Source: a bacterium
GTDB taxonomy: Bacteria > Planctomycetota > JAFGQW01
Direction of reading: 5' to 3'
NCBI GenBank assembly: GCA_030426805.1
Contig: JAUHXU010000001.1
Location: 605,584-669,583, forward strand
Length of the DNA stretch: 64,000 nt
Positions 41,945 to 51,151 of this stretch are shown here, piece after piece (within the stretch, counting starts at the first letter, position 1; each line of letters begins with the position of its first letter). Below the pieces are notes generated by a model that did no database searches, was not told the DNA's origin, and saw only the letters and a list, made by a program, of their open reading frames with translations. The position numbers and the translations under genes were made by a program.

Positions 41945-42063
41945 CCCGCACATCTTGCCCCGAATCCCCGGCCGGCGGAATCGGCGATCGGGCTTCAGTC
42001 GCTGCGCGGCTGCGGCCGAGATTCCCCTATCGGCGCGCGTCATGCGCACCGGATACCAGCCTG

Positions 42064-42092
42064 GCCCGCGGCCTCCCGCCGCGGGCTTTTTT
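42064..42092 (+). terminator. Intrinsic terminator on the plus strand, opposite to both flanking genes
   Basis: Perfect 9-bp stem GCCCGCGGC-CTCCC-GCCGCGGGC followed by TTTTTT. Confidence 0.7.
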
Positions 42093-42116
42093 CGTCGACT
42101 CGCACGGCGGATCGCG

Positions 42117-43652
42117 TCAGCGCAGCCAGCGCACCCCGGTCGCGCGCGCGAGCGCGAGCAGGACGATCCCCCCGGCACCGCCCGCGACCGCGAGGACGAC
42201 GAGCGCGCCGACGAACGTCGTCGGGTCGATCGGGCCGACGAGCGCGAGGCGCACACCCCACGCGACGACGCCGCCGACCACGGCGACCCCGGTGACGTGC
42301 GCCAGTGCGCGGTAGACCGCCGCCGCGCCGTCGTTGCGCGTACGCCGGTTCCACAGGACGTAGACGGCCGCGACCTGCAGGAATCCCGCGATCGACGCGC
42401 TCGCCGCGACGCCGGTCACGCCGAACGCGCGCGTCATCACGATGTAGGCCGGCCACGCGACGAGCGCGCACACGCTCGCGATGCCGACGGGCTTCCACGT
42501 CATGCCGGTCGCGAACCACCCGCGCGACGCGATCATCGTCGCCGCCCATGCGCACGAACCGGGCAAGAAGCCGCGGAGCGCGTCGACCGTCGGCGCGACC
42601 GCACCGGCGTCGAACTGCCCTCTCGCGAACACGACGCGCACGACCTCCGGCGCGAGCGCGAAGACCAGGGCCGACGCGCACAACACCGGCGCCGCGACCC
42701 GTCGAAGCGTGTCGTTCAGCAGACGGTTCAGCTCGTCCAATCGCCCCTCCGCGGCGAGGCGGGCGAGGAACGGGTAGGCCGCCTGACTCCCGCCCTGCGC
42801 GAGGACGGCGACCATCGCGAACATCAAGCGCCACGCATACGTCAACGCGGAGATCCCGCCGGGGCCCGTGAAGCTCCCGTAGCGCCGATAGAGGAACTCG
42901 TTCGCGAACGTCGCGGTGAGGCCGACCGCGAGCGGCGCGGCGAGCCACGCGTAGCGAACGACCTCCCGGTCGCGCCGGAGGTCGAGCCGCGCGCGAATGC
43001 CGTATCGCCAGGCGGCGCCGCCCTGGACGAGCAGGTGGCCGACGAACGCTCCGACGGCCGCACCCCAGGCAAACGCGCTCATCCCCCACTCGCGGCCGAA
43101 GGCGAGTCCGCCGACGATCGTGCCGCCGTTGTAGAACAGCGGCGCGAGCGCCGGCAGGAGGAAACGACCGCGGACGAACTGCGCCGCCATCAGCACGCTG
43201 CCGACGACGAAGCACACTTGCGCCGGCAACAGCACGCGTGTCATCCGTGCGGCATCGTCCAGCACGGCGGGCGCCGCGCTCGGGGCGAACAGCGGCAGCA
43301 ACTCGCGCGGGATGCACCAGGCGATCGCGATCAACGGTGTCACGAGCGCGAGCGTCCAGGTCATCACGCGGGACGTCAGCCGATCGGCCGCCGCGGGATC
43401 GCCGGCCGCGAGGTGCCGCGACAACATCGGGATCAGCGTGATCGAGAGGAAGCCGCCGGCGGCGAGGTGGTTGACGAGGTCGGGGATCGCGAATGCGATG
43501 TTGTAGGCGTCCACCGCCGGTCCGGCGCCGTATTGGTGCGCGATCACGACGTCGCGGAGCAAGCCGAGCACGCGACTGAGCAGCTGGGACGCGATCAGGA
43601 TCGCAGACGCCAGTGCGAGCGGCCGACGGGAAGTCAGGTCGAGGTCGGACAC
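42117..43652 (-). CDS. murJ: Lipid II flippase MurJ (MviN)
   Basis: LLSRVLGLLRDVVIA..YGAG...DAYNIAFAIPD, F.LPALAPLFYN, LTYAWRL and RGQFD. Confidence 0.9.
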   Translation of the reverse strand: MSDLDLTSRRPLALASAILIASQLLSRVLGLLRDVVIAHQYGAGPAVDAYNIAFAIPDLVNHLAAGGFLSITLIPMLSRHLAAGDPAAADRLTSRVMTWTLALVTPLIAIAWCIPRELLPLFAPSAAPAVLDDAARMTRVLLPAQVCFVVGSVLMAAQFVRGRFLLPALAPLFYNGGTIVGGLAFGREWGMSAFAWGAAVGAFVGHLLVQGGAAWRYGIRARLDLRRDREVVRYAWLAAPLAVGLTATFANEFLYRRYGSFTGPGGISALTYAWRLMFAMVAVLAQGGSQAAYPFLARLAAEGRLDELNRLLNDTLRRVAAPVLCASALVFALAPEVVRVVFARGQFDAGAVAPTVDALRGFLPGSCAWAATMIASRGWFATGMTWKPVGIASVCALVAWPAYIVMTRAFGVTGVAASASIAGFLQVAAVYVLWNRRTRNDGAAAVYRALAHVTGVAVVGGVVAWGVRLALVGPIDPTTFVGALVVLAVAGGAGGIVLLALARATGVRWLR

Positions 43653-43724
43653 GGCGTGGCTCGGGGTCGGTCGCGGCGGGCGCCGCATCCTACCACGGGC
43701 GATCGCGATCGGCGAGGCGCGTGG

Positions 43725-44123
43725 TCACTCCTCGATCGGACGTCGACCCGCGAATCCGTCGTCGAGGCCGTGCCAGTATCCGATATCCGGCTCGCCCCAG
43801 TGCCAGCAGAGCAACGCGAGTTCGTCGTTCACCCAGGTGTAGAAGTCGACCAGCCCGATCGCCGGGTCCTTGACGCACGCACCGAGCCGATTGACTTCGA
43901 GGAACGCGTCACGCCACTGGGCCTCGAGGGTCGCGACGGCCGTCCGCGCGGCGTCCGCCTCCTCCTGCCCCTGCTCGATGTCGATGCGCGACAGCCGGTT
44001 GTTCGCATCGCGCAACTCGGCGGTCACCCGCATCAGGGGTTCGACCGCCTCGCGCACCGCCGGCAGCCGTCGGCGCGCTTCCGCCAGGTCGAGGATCTCG
44101 GTGACGACGTTCAGGTCCCGCAT
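43725..44123 (-). CDS. DUF2203 family protein
   Basis: GACVKDPAIGLVDF...LCWHWGEPDIGYWHGLDDGFAGRRPI. Confidence 0.88.
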   Translation of the reverse strand: MRDLNVVTEILDLAEARRRLPAVREAVEPLMRVTAELRDANNRLSRIDIEQGQEEADAARTAVATLEAQWRDAFLEVNRLGACVKDPAIGLVDFYTWVNDELALLCWHWGEPDIGYWHGLDDGFAGRRPIEE

Positions 44124-44211
44124 GCATCAATCGTGAGGCGCCCGGCCCCCGATTGCAAGGCCGACGCGATGTGTTGAAACGGACCTGCCCGACCGCTACC
44201 GTATTCGGCCG

Positions 44212-45144
44212 ATGTCCCCTCACGAGAAACGCTACCTCGCCGTCGATCTCTTGACGATGGCCTACACGTTCGTCGCGTTCCTCGCCGTCGCGGCCCTCGG
44301 GCGCGATCTGCCGGAGCGAATCCCGGCGCTCGGGTGCTACCTCGGCGTCTTCGTCTTCGTCCGGATCGCCGTGCCGTGGCTCCGCCGGTCGCCGATCCGC
44401 GCGGCGCGTTTCCTCGTGCAGTTCTACCCGATGTTCGCGTTCGGGTTCCTCTACTACTTCGCCAACGTCACGAACACGATCGTCTTCGCCGAGCCGTTCG
44501 ACGTTCGGTTCGCCGCGATCGACCGACAGTGGTTCGGGTTGCCGAGCGCCGACGGCGGTGCGATCGTCGGTCCGAGCTTCTGGCTGTCCGAGCGCTTCGG
44601 CTCGCGGTGGCTCGACGAGTTGATCCACGCGTCCTACTTCACGTACTACCTGCAGTTCCCCCTGGTCGGCCTCGCGATCTACCTGCGCCACGGCGCCGGG
44701 CACACGTTTCAACGGTTCCTGTTCATCCTCACGTGGACGTTCCTCGCGTCCTACGCGGTGTTCACGACGTTCCCGGTGCACGGCCCGGTGATCGAACGCG
44801 TCGACCGGTTCACCGGGTGGTTCTTCGTACCGATCATGGATGCGATCTACGCGAGTGCCGAGACCGGCGGCGGCGCGTTCCCGAGTTCCCACGTCGCCGT
44901 CGCGCTGGTCTGTTCGATCGGCGCATGGCGACACGCACGCCACGTGTTCTGGGTCTTCCTGCTGCCGTCCATCGGACTGTTCATCGCCACCGTCTACTGC
45001 AGCTACCACTACCTCGTCGACTCGCTCGCGGGCCTCGTGTGGGGCGTGCTCTGCTACGCGATCGGCGCGGTCATCTATCGGATCCTGGCGGCGCCCCCAC
45101 CAGACGCCACAACCGCCCCGCCGCCCCCGACGCGACCGGCCTGA
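44212..45144 (+). CDS. PAP2 superfamily membrane phosphoesterase (AUR1/IPC synthase-like, PAP2_3)
   Basis: FPVHGP, AFPSSHVA and YHYLVDSLAG motifs; multiple TM segments. Confidence 0.85.
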   Translation: MSPHEKRYLAVDLLTMAYTFVAFLAVAALGRDLPERIPALGCYLGVFVFVRIAVPWLRRSPIRAARFLVQFYPMFAFGFLYYFANVTNTIVFAEPFDVRFAAIDRQWFGLPSADGGAIVGPSFWLSERFGSRWLDELIHASYFTYYLQFPLVGLAIYLRHGAGHTFQRFLFILTWTFLASYAVFTTFPVHGPVIERVDRFTGWFFVPIMDAIYASAETGGGAFPSSHVAVALVCSIGAWRHARHVFWVFLLPSIGLFIATVYCSYHYLVDSLAGLVWGVLCYAIGAVIYRILAAPPPDATTAPPPPTRPA

Positions 45145-46567
45145 ACACGCCGAGCGACGCGACGCGCGGCGCGAGCGAATCGACGAGCGACGCGGGCACG
45201 AACAGCGCGACGTCGCGATACGGACGCCCGCGGCGCGGCTGTGCGACGCACGTCGCGAATACCTGCTGCAGCGACGGAAGATCGAGGTAGACCGGCGACA
45301 GGTTGAAGCCGTCCCGCGCGGCGAAGTAGAGGTGCGACGGATCGAACGTCTGGCGCCCCGGGACCACGAACACGACGAAGTCGTCGGGCGACGTGTGGTC
45401 CGCGACGAAGCCCCCCGCCTCGATCCGCCCCACCGGATCGTCGGTCGCGAGTCGATCGTAGCCCGGCTGCGCGGCGAGCGCGCACCCGGCCGCATACGCG
45501 ACGACGAGCCCCGCACGAACCGCGCGCTGCCGGATGCGCTGCGCCGCCCAGGCGATCGGCGCCGCCGCGAACACGACGAGCGGCAACACGAGCGGCAGGT
45601 GGTAGTAGGTGTGCAGGCGGTGCATCGGCACGAAGAGCACGGGGTAGACGACCGCGCCGAGCCCCCAGGCGAACAGGAGGGCGCGGCCGCGGATGCGGCT
45701 CGCGGCGACGACGATCACGCCGGGCAACAGCAGCGCGAGATTGAGCGCACCCAGCAAGCAATCGCGCAGTCCGATCGCGATCGGCGCATACGTCGCCGGG
45801 TCGAAACGGTCGAACGCCGAGCCGAGCACGACGGAGAGGTCGTCGTTCGGCATCGCGACACCGGCGTTGAGCCAGGCACCGAGCGCCCGGTGGCCGAGCA
45901 ACGCGACGACGACAGCCACGCCGACGACGAGCGCCGCGGGTCGCGCAACGGCTCGAAGGCGATGGGTCGCCACGGCATGGACCAGGATCGCGACCGCGAT
46001 CGGGACGAAGACCGGCGGCTTGATCAGCGCGCCGAGAACCGCGGCACCGAACGCGGCGACCGCACCGACCGCCGACCAAGGCTGTCGGGCGACCTCGACC
46101 CGGGCATACCACGTCAACGCGACGATCGACGCGACCACCGCGAGCGGGTCGACCATCGGTGCCGCGAAGTAGAACAGGACGATCGGCGTCGTCGCGAACG
46201 CGACGCGCGCCGCCGCGACGTGGGCGGCCGACGCACCGAGCGCGGCGAGCAGCGGGCCGATGAGTGCGACCGCGAGCAACGCGAGCGCGATATTGACGAC
46301 GCGGCCGGTGGCGACCGGATCGGCACCGACGAGTTGTGCCGCGCCGACGACGACCCACTGGTAGGCCGGGAAGTCGTAGAAGAGGCCCGGCATGTCGAGG
46401 TTGTAGGTGCCGTGCCGAAACGGTGCGCCGGTCGCGACGAGCTTGTCGAGGTTCGCCGCGACGTGGCACTGGCGAAACACGTGCTCGCCGTAGACCGGCC
46501 GCGGCACGGATCTGGCCATCACGACCACCGCCACCACGACCGCGACCCACGCACTCAGTCTCGTCAC
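45071..46567 (-). CDS. GT-C fold membrane glycosyltransferase (ArnT/PMT-like)
   Basis: EHVFRQC, DFPAYQW, GRVVN, MVDP, LIKP and HTYY motifs; many TM segments. Start uncertain. Confidence 0.7.
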   Translation of the reverse strand: MTRLSAWVAVVVAVVVMARSVPRPVYGEHVFRQCHVAANLDKLVATGAPFRHGTYNLDMPGLFYDFPAYQWVVVGAAQLVGADPVATGRVVNIALALLAVALIGPLLAALGASAAHVAAARVAFATTPIVLFYFAAPMVDPLAVVASIVALTWYARVEVARQPWSAVGAVAAFGAAVLGALIKPPVFVPIAVAILVHAVATHRLRAVARPAALVVGVAVVVALLGHRALGAWLNAGVAMPNDDLSVVLGSAFDRFDPATYAPIAIGLRDCLLGALNLALLLPGVIVVAASRIRGRALLFAWGLGAVVYPVLFVPMHRLHTYYHLPLVLPLVVFAAAPIAWAAQRIRQRAVRAGLVVAYAAGCALAAQPGYDRLATDDPVGRIEAGGFVADHTSPDDFVVFVVPGRQTFDPSHLYFAARDGFNLSPVYLDLPSLQQVFATCVAQPRRGRPYRDVALFVPASLVDSLAPRVASLGVFRPVASGAAGRLWRLVGAPPGSDR

Positions 46568-46673
46568 GATCGCCTCACTCTTGGACTCGCCACGCTCCGG
46601 AGGGTAGCACATGCCCGGCGGATCGCCGCGACCCGGCGCCGCCCGAGACGAGCCGAATCGAGAAAGCTGTCCC

Positions 46674-46727
46674 GGAACGGACTGGACATCCGCTGCATCC
46701 GCGGAAACCCTGACGTTCGAAGCCGTC
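46674..46727 (+). promoter_or_regulatory. Possible ECF-type promoter(s) upstream of the lipoprotein gene
   Basis: GGAAC-N16-GCATC at 46674-46699 and GGAAAC-N15-CGTC at 46703-46727. Confidence 0.3.
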
Positions 46728-46752
46728 GACGCAAGAGAGTCGAAGACGCCCC

Positions 46753-47754
46753 ATGAGCCATCGATCCTTCGCCGCCGCGGCGCTGCTCGCTGCCGCGCTG
46801 TTCACCGCCTGCCACGACCACGACGACGACTACTACTGCTGCGAGTCCGGCACCGGCGCGGTCCGGTTCATCAACGCCTCGCCCGATACCGGCGACACGC
46901 GGTTCTTCGTCGACTACTACGAATACGTCGAGCTGGGGACGAACGAAGGCACCGGCTACGACAACTTCTACGACGGCTACCGCTGGATCGATCTCTACAA
47001 GGGTACGAGCTTCCTGTTCAGCGAGCGGATCTTCGTCAACCGCGGCGACGAGCAGAGCTACTACCTGATCGGCAGCCGCCCGGCGAGGAACCTCGAGTTG
47101 ATCGGCGTCGGCGATGCCGTCGGGGTGCCCGCGCCCGGATTCGCCCGCCTCGGTGTGATCAACGCGAACGTCGACGCGCTCCGCTTCGACCTCGTCGTCG
47201 ACAACCAGCCGCTCGTCCGTGACGTCGACTACCTCGGATTCGTCAATCCGCCGGACTACGTGACCGTGCCGTCCGGCCGCCATCAGATCAGCGTCGTCGA
47301 GAGCGGCACGACCAACACGATCGGCCCCTTCACGTTCACGCTCCCGGACCAGCGCGACGTCACGGTGCTGATCGGCGGGTTCGCGCAGGGGCCGTACCTC
47401 GTGCTCCTCGACGAGGCCGACGGCCGGGCGCTGTTCCCGTCGGCGGCGGTGCGTGTCGCCCCGGACGACGGCCGAGACGGCTCGACGCTTCGCGCGACCA
47501 TCGACGGTCGATCGATCGCGGCCGGCGACGCGGCGATCGATGTCGAGCCGGGCGTCCGGACGCTGGTCGTGCACGACGGCGAGCGACGGATCATGCAATC
47601 CGAGGTGCAGATCGAGCCGGGCACGCGCTACGTCGTCGTGCCGATCGATCGGGCCGAGGGCCGCGTGCTCCTCCGGCGCGAAGCGGGGCCGGCCGCCGAC
47701 GCGGACGGGCGGCTCAGCCGTTCTCGTAGACCGATCCCCTCCGGCGAGAAATGA
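46753..47754 (+). CDS. Lipoprotein with DUF4397-like domains
   Basis: Lipobox LFTAC; AVRFINASPD and ARLGVINA repeats; YVTVPSG. Confidence 0.75.
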   Translation: MSHRSFAAAALLAAALFTACHDHDDDYYCCESGTGAVRFINASPDTGDTRFFVDYYEYVELGTNEGTGYDNFYDGYRWIDLYKGTSFLFSERIFVNRGDEQSYYLIGSRPARNLELIGVGDAVGVPAPGFARLGVINANVDALRFDLVVDNQPLVRDVDYLGFVNPPDYVTVPSGRHQISVVESGTTNTIGPFTFTLPDQRDVTVLIGGFAQGPYLVLLDEADGRALFPSAAVRVAPDDGRDGSTLRATIDGRSIAAGDAAIDVEPGVRTLVVHDGERRIMQSEVQIEPGTRYVVVPIDRAEGRVLLRREAGPAADADGRLSRSRRPIPSGEK

Positions 47755-47991
47755 CCCACCGCCACCCCGGCCGATCCCGGCGGACGCAACCAGTTGAAAC
47801 GGCGCCACTTACCGGATCCGCTGCAGCGTCGAGCCCGGCACGGCCCGTGCGCTGCGCCGGGGCGTGAAATTTCGGGTTGGAAGTCGCCGCGCGCGGCGCC
47901 AATATAGGATGCCGCAATGAGGTCTCCGTCGCAGCCGCGATGGGCGACCGCGGCGCATCCGCGACCCACTCGCAAACCGGAGGACGAGAAC

Positions 47992-49242
47992 GTGAGACCC
48001 CGTAGGAACCCGCTGTGGCTGGCGATCCTCGGGATCGTCCTGCCCATCGCGAGCCTCGGGGCGCAGTGGCACGACGGCGGCTACATCGCGACGTCGGGCG
48101 ACGCGGTCTACCGCTTCACCGGTCGCGGCGAGACTCGCCTCCGCGAGATCGCGTCGAACCAGTGGGATGCGACCGAGGTCCGGATGGACCGCGACAATCG
48201 CCTCGCGCTCGTCGTCCTGCGCAACCGCGCGACGATCCTCCGCGTCGACCCCGAGACGCTCGCCACGGTCGGCACGCTGATCGCCGGCGCCCCGCTGATG
48301 CGCCCCGAAGCGATCGCGGTCGACCACCACGGCGACTACTTGATCAGCGACTCCGGTGCCAAGGCGATCTTCCGCCTCGCGCTCAACGGGCGGATCTCCA
48401 CGGTCGTCGTCGACCCGCGCCTGGACCACGTCGAGGGCGGCCTGCGCATCGACCCCGACACCGGCGACCTCCTCGTGATGAACACCGGCGCCGACGACAC
48501 GCTCTATCGCGTGTGGTGGGACGCGCGGGTGACGACGGTCGGCACGCGGTTCAACGGGCGCTTCGGATTCGACATCGACCTCAGCTCCGCCGACGTCTTC
48601 AGCGCGTCGTGCTGCTCGCCCCCGCACCTGACCGTGCTTCGACTCGCGCAGATGAGCGCGACGAAGTTCGTCCTGACGGCGCCGGCCCCGACGGGCTACT
48701 ACGCGGTTCGCGCCGACCGCGCGAGCACCCAGGACCCGCGACTGGTCGTGAGCCCGACCGGCCCGTACGGCGGCATCTGGTACGTGAACCTCACGTCCCG
48801 TGTCGTCACCCCGCTGCAAGTCGTCGGCCAGACGCTCTACTCGATCGATCACCTCGGCGGGCGCAACGTGCAATCGCGGCGCGTCGCGAGTGGCCTCTGG
48901 GAGATCCACCTCGATTTCCCCGGCCAGGCCGGCAACGGCTTCCTGACGCTGGTCAGTGCGACCGGCATCCGGCCGAGCCTCTTTCTCGGAGACGGTCGCC
49001 GCCTCAGCCTCGCGGTCGACGATCTGACGCGCTTCACCGTGGGCACGGAGTTGCCGGGTGTCTGGTGGAACAACCGGGGCGTGCTGGACCCGACCGGCCA
49101 CGCCGTCACCCACCTGTCGACGCGCCCGCTCGGACAGGCGCTCCACGGCATTCGCCTCTACATGTGCGCGGTCACCTTCGACCCTGCCGCCCCGCTCGGC
49201 ATCCGCACGGTCGCCGATCCGATCGTCGTCTTGATCGACTGA
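47992..49242 (+). CDS. Secreted beta-propeller plus shared C-terminal domain (paralog of 23602-24897)
   Basis: GGAGG SD before GTG; signal peptide ending LGAQ; shares MxxDNR, DxxTGDLLV, RFG, SCC, GxY.....RAS...PRL, DGRR and DPAAPLGI with its paralog. Confidence 0.75.
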   Translation: MRPRRNPLWLAILGIVLPIASLGAQWHDGGYIATSGDAVYRFTGRGETRLREIASNQWDATEVRMDRDNRLALVVLRNRATILRVDPETLATVGTLIAGAPLMRPEAIAVDHHGDYLISDSGAKAIFRLALNGRISTVVVDPRLDHVEGGLRIDPDTGDLLVMNTGADDTLYRVWWDARVTTVGTRFNGRFGFDIDLSSADVFSASCCSPPHLTVLRLAQMSATKFVLTAPAPTGYYAVRADRASTQDPRLVVSPTGPYGGIWYVNLTSRVVTPLQVVGQTLYSIDHLGGRNVQSRRVASGLWEIHLDFPGQAGNGFLTLVSATGIRPSLFLGDGRRLSLAVDDLTRFTVGTELPGVWWNNRGVLDPTGHAVTHLSTRPLGQALHGIRLYMCAVTFDPAAPLGIRTVADPIVVLID

Positions 49243-49245
49243 GCG

Positions 49246-50301
49246 GTGGGCGACCGGAAGGCGTCCACGCCCTCGCGGCGAATCCTCGGCCAGCGGATCT
49301 ACCCGCAGAGCGCCGAGCGCATGCGGCATGTGCGCGACGACTCCATCGACGTCATCGTCACGTCGCCGCCCTACAACCGCGGCAAGCGCTACTCCGGCGA
49401 CGCCCCGGGCTCCGTCTACGATGACCGGCGAACGCCGGCCGAGTATCACGCCCTGCTCACGCGCGTCTTCGCCGAGTGCCACCGGACCCTGCGCGACGAT
49501 GGCGTCTTCTTCCTGAACATCGGCGACGCCGCCGGGGACCAGGGCAAGTCGGAGCGCGTCGTGTCGCTCGCGGTGGAGCAGGGCTTCGCGCGGGTGCAGA
49601 CGATCGCCTGGGTGAAGTCGCTCCTCGGCAAGGGCCACTACACGCCGTCGGGCGGTGACCGCCGGCTGAACAACTGCTGGGAGAACGTGTTCGTCCTCGC
49701 GAAGAGCAAGCACTACAGGCTCGATCCGAAGGCGATCGGGATCCCCTACGCCGACAAGTCCAATATCGGCCGTTACGGTGAGGACGACCTGCGCGACGCC
49801 GGCAACGTCTGGCTCGTCACCTACGCGAAGACGACCGGCCACACGATCAAGAAGGGCCACGACGCGCCGTTCCCGATCGAGCTGCCGTATCGCTGCATCA
49901 AGCTCGTGCCCGGCGCGAAGACGGTGCTCGATCCGTTCGGCGGCACGATGAGCACGCTCGCAGCGGCGCGGGCACTCGGCCTGCGCGGGATCGGCTTCGA
50001 TCCGTATCCACGCTGGCGCGTCATCGAAGAGGTGATCGCGGAGGGCGCGCACTTCACGCCGCCGGCCCAGCAGTTGATCCCCGAACTCGAGCGCTCGGTG
50101 TCGTTGCTGATGGGCGTCGTGCGCGGCGGGCGCAGCGACGCCGAGTTTCTCGAGACGCTCGAGCGGCTACGACTCCGACGCCCCGACCGAGAACTGCTCG
50201 TTCGACTCGCCGCGCAATACGGCCGCGCCGACCGCGCGCGGCCCGGCCGCGGCAAGCACGACGCGACGCCGCCGCTGTTCGACGACGATCAGTCGTCGTA
50301 G
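49246..50301 (+). CDS. Site-specific DNA methyltransferase (beta class, N4-mC/N6-mA), apparently orphan
   Basis: SIDVIVTSPPY (motif IV) precedes GNVW, H.APFP and VLDPFGG (motif I). Confidence 0.88.
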   Translation: MGDRKASTPSRRILGQRIYPQSAERMRHVRDDSIDVIVTSPPYNRGKRYSGDAPGSVYDDRRTPAEYHALLTRVFAECHRTLRDDGVFFLNIGDAAGDQGKSERVVSLAVEQGFARVQTIAWVKSLLGKGHYTPSGGDRRLNNCWENVFVLAKSKHYRLDPKAIGIPYADKSNIGRYGEDDLRDAGNVWLVTYAKTTGHTIKKGHDAPFPIELPYRCIKLVPGAKTVLDPFGGTMSTLAAARALGLRGIGFDPYPRWRVIEEVIAEGAHFTPPAQQLIPELERSVSLLMGVVRGGRSDAEFLETLERLRLRRPDRELLVRLAAQYGRADRARPGRGKHDATPPLFDDDQSS

Positions 50302-51053
50302 GAGACGACGCCCGCGCGACTGATCCGCACGATCTTGCGACGGCGCAAGGCGTCGACGACCGCCTCGGCGTGCTCCTTGTCACTCGCGGGCAACTGGCTC
50401 TCGACGTGCTTCAGCAAGCCCTTGCGCTTGGTCGGCCGCCGCGCATCGCTCATCCGGTCGAGGCGCTCGACGACGCGGTCGGCCAATTCCCCGACGACCG
50501 ACGTCTTGCGGGATCGGCGCTTCTTGGGCTTTCGAACGGTCCCCTCGTCGTCGTCCTTCGATCGGGTGGTGGACGCCTTCGTCGCCGTACTCGCGGCCTT
50601 CTTCTTGCGGCGGGACTTCGTCTTGCGCGTGGTCGACGCCGTGCCGCGACCGGGGTCGATCCGGTGCACGGTCCGCCCCTCCCGGGCGAGTTCGCCGATG
50701 AGCGGGTCGTACCCCTTGTCCGCACTGAAGATCGCGAAGTCCACCGCGTCCGGCGCCGTCGCGTGGTGGGCGCCGAGTTGCATCGCGAGGATGAAGTCCA
50801 ACGCGTTCTTGCCGACGGCGCCGGGCGACACCCAGTGCACGCCGGAGCCGAGCGCCTGCATCCGCTGGACGAGTTCAAGCGGGATCTTCTTCTGTTGGCG
50901 GCCGACGAAGATCCAGACCTGCTCGTGGTCATACGCCTCGATCGCCTCGAGGCAGTCGGGGGCGTTTTCGTAGTCGACGAAGATGCGCAGTCGGTTGGTG
51001 CTCACCACGCGCTTCTTCTTGCGCGACGACGTCTTGCGTGTGTTCTTGGCCAT
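50289..51053 (-). CDS. PIN/NYN-domain protein (PIN_7-like) with a basic linker and C-terminal HTH-like domain
   Basis: IFVDYEN, GKNALDF and SADKGYDPLI acidic PIN motifs; C-terminal RPTKRKGL...ISRAGVVSY. Confidence 0.8.
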   Translation of the reverse strand: MAKNTRKTSSRKKKRVVSTNRLRIFVDYENAPDCLEAIEAYDHEQVWIFVGRQQKKIPLELVQRMQALGSGVHWVSPGAVGKNALDFILAMQLGAHHATAPDAVDFAIFSADKGYDPLIGELAREGRTVHRIDPGRGTASTTRKTKSRRKKKAASTATKASTTRSKDDDEGTVRKPKKRRSRKTSVVGELADRVVERLDRMSDARRPTKRKGLLKHVESQLPASDKEHAEAVVDALRRRKIVRISRAGVVSYDD

Positions 51054-51151
51054 GCTTCCTCTTCGCGCCTGGCGCGCGGCGGACTTGAGACTCATCGCCC
51101 GAATTGTATCGATTCGGGATGCAGACCGAGAGGGGCTGCCCGGCGGATCGC

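Noticed and set aside
41962-42024. tRNA-Sec or a known riboswitch (the loop contains CTTCA)
   Set aside because: No T-loop GTTCGA, acceptor stem or CCA end, and no riboswitch consensus that I recognise.
49246-50301. Restriction-modification system or prophage remnant
   Set aside because: No endonuclease, integrase or phage genes, and no compositional shift.
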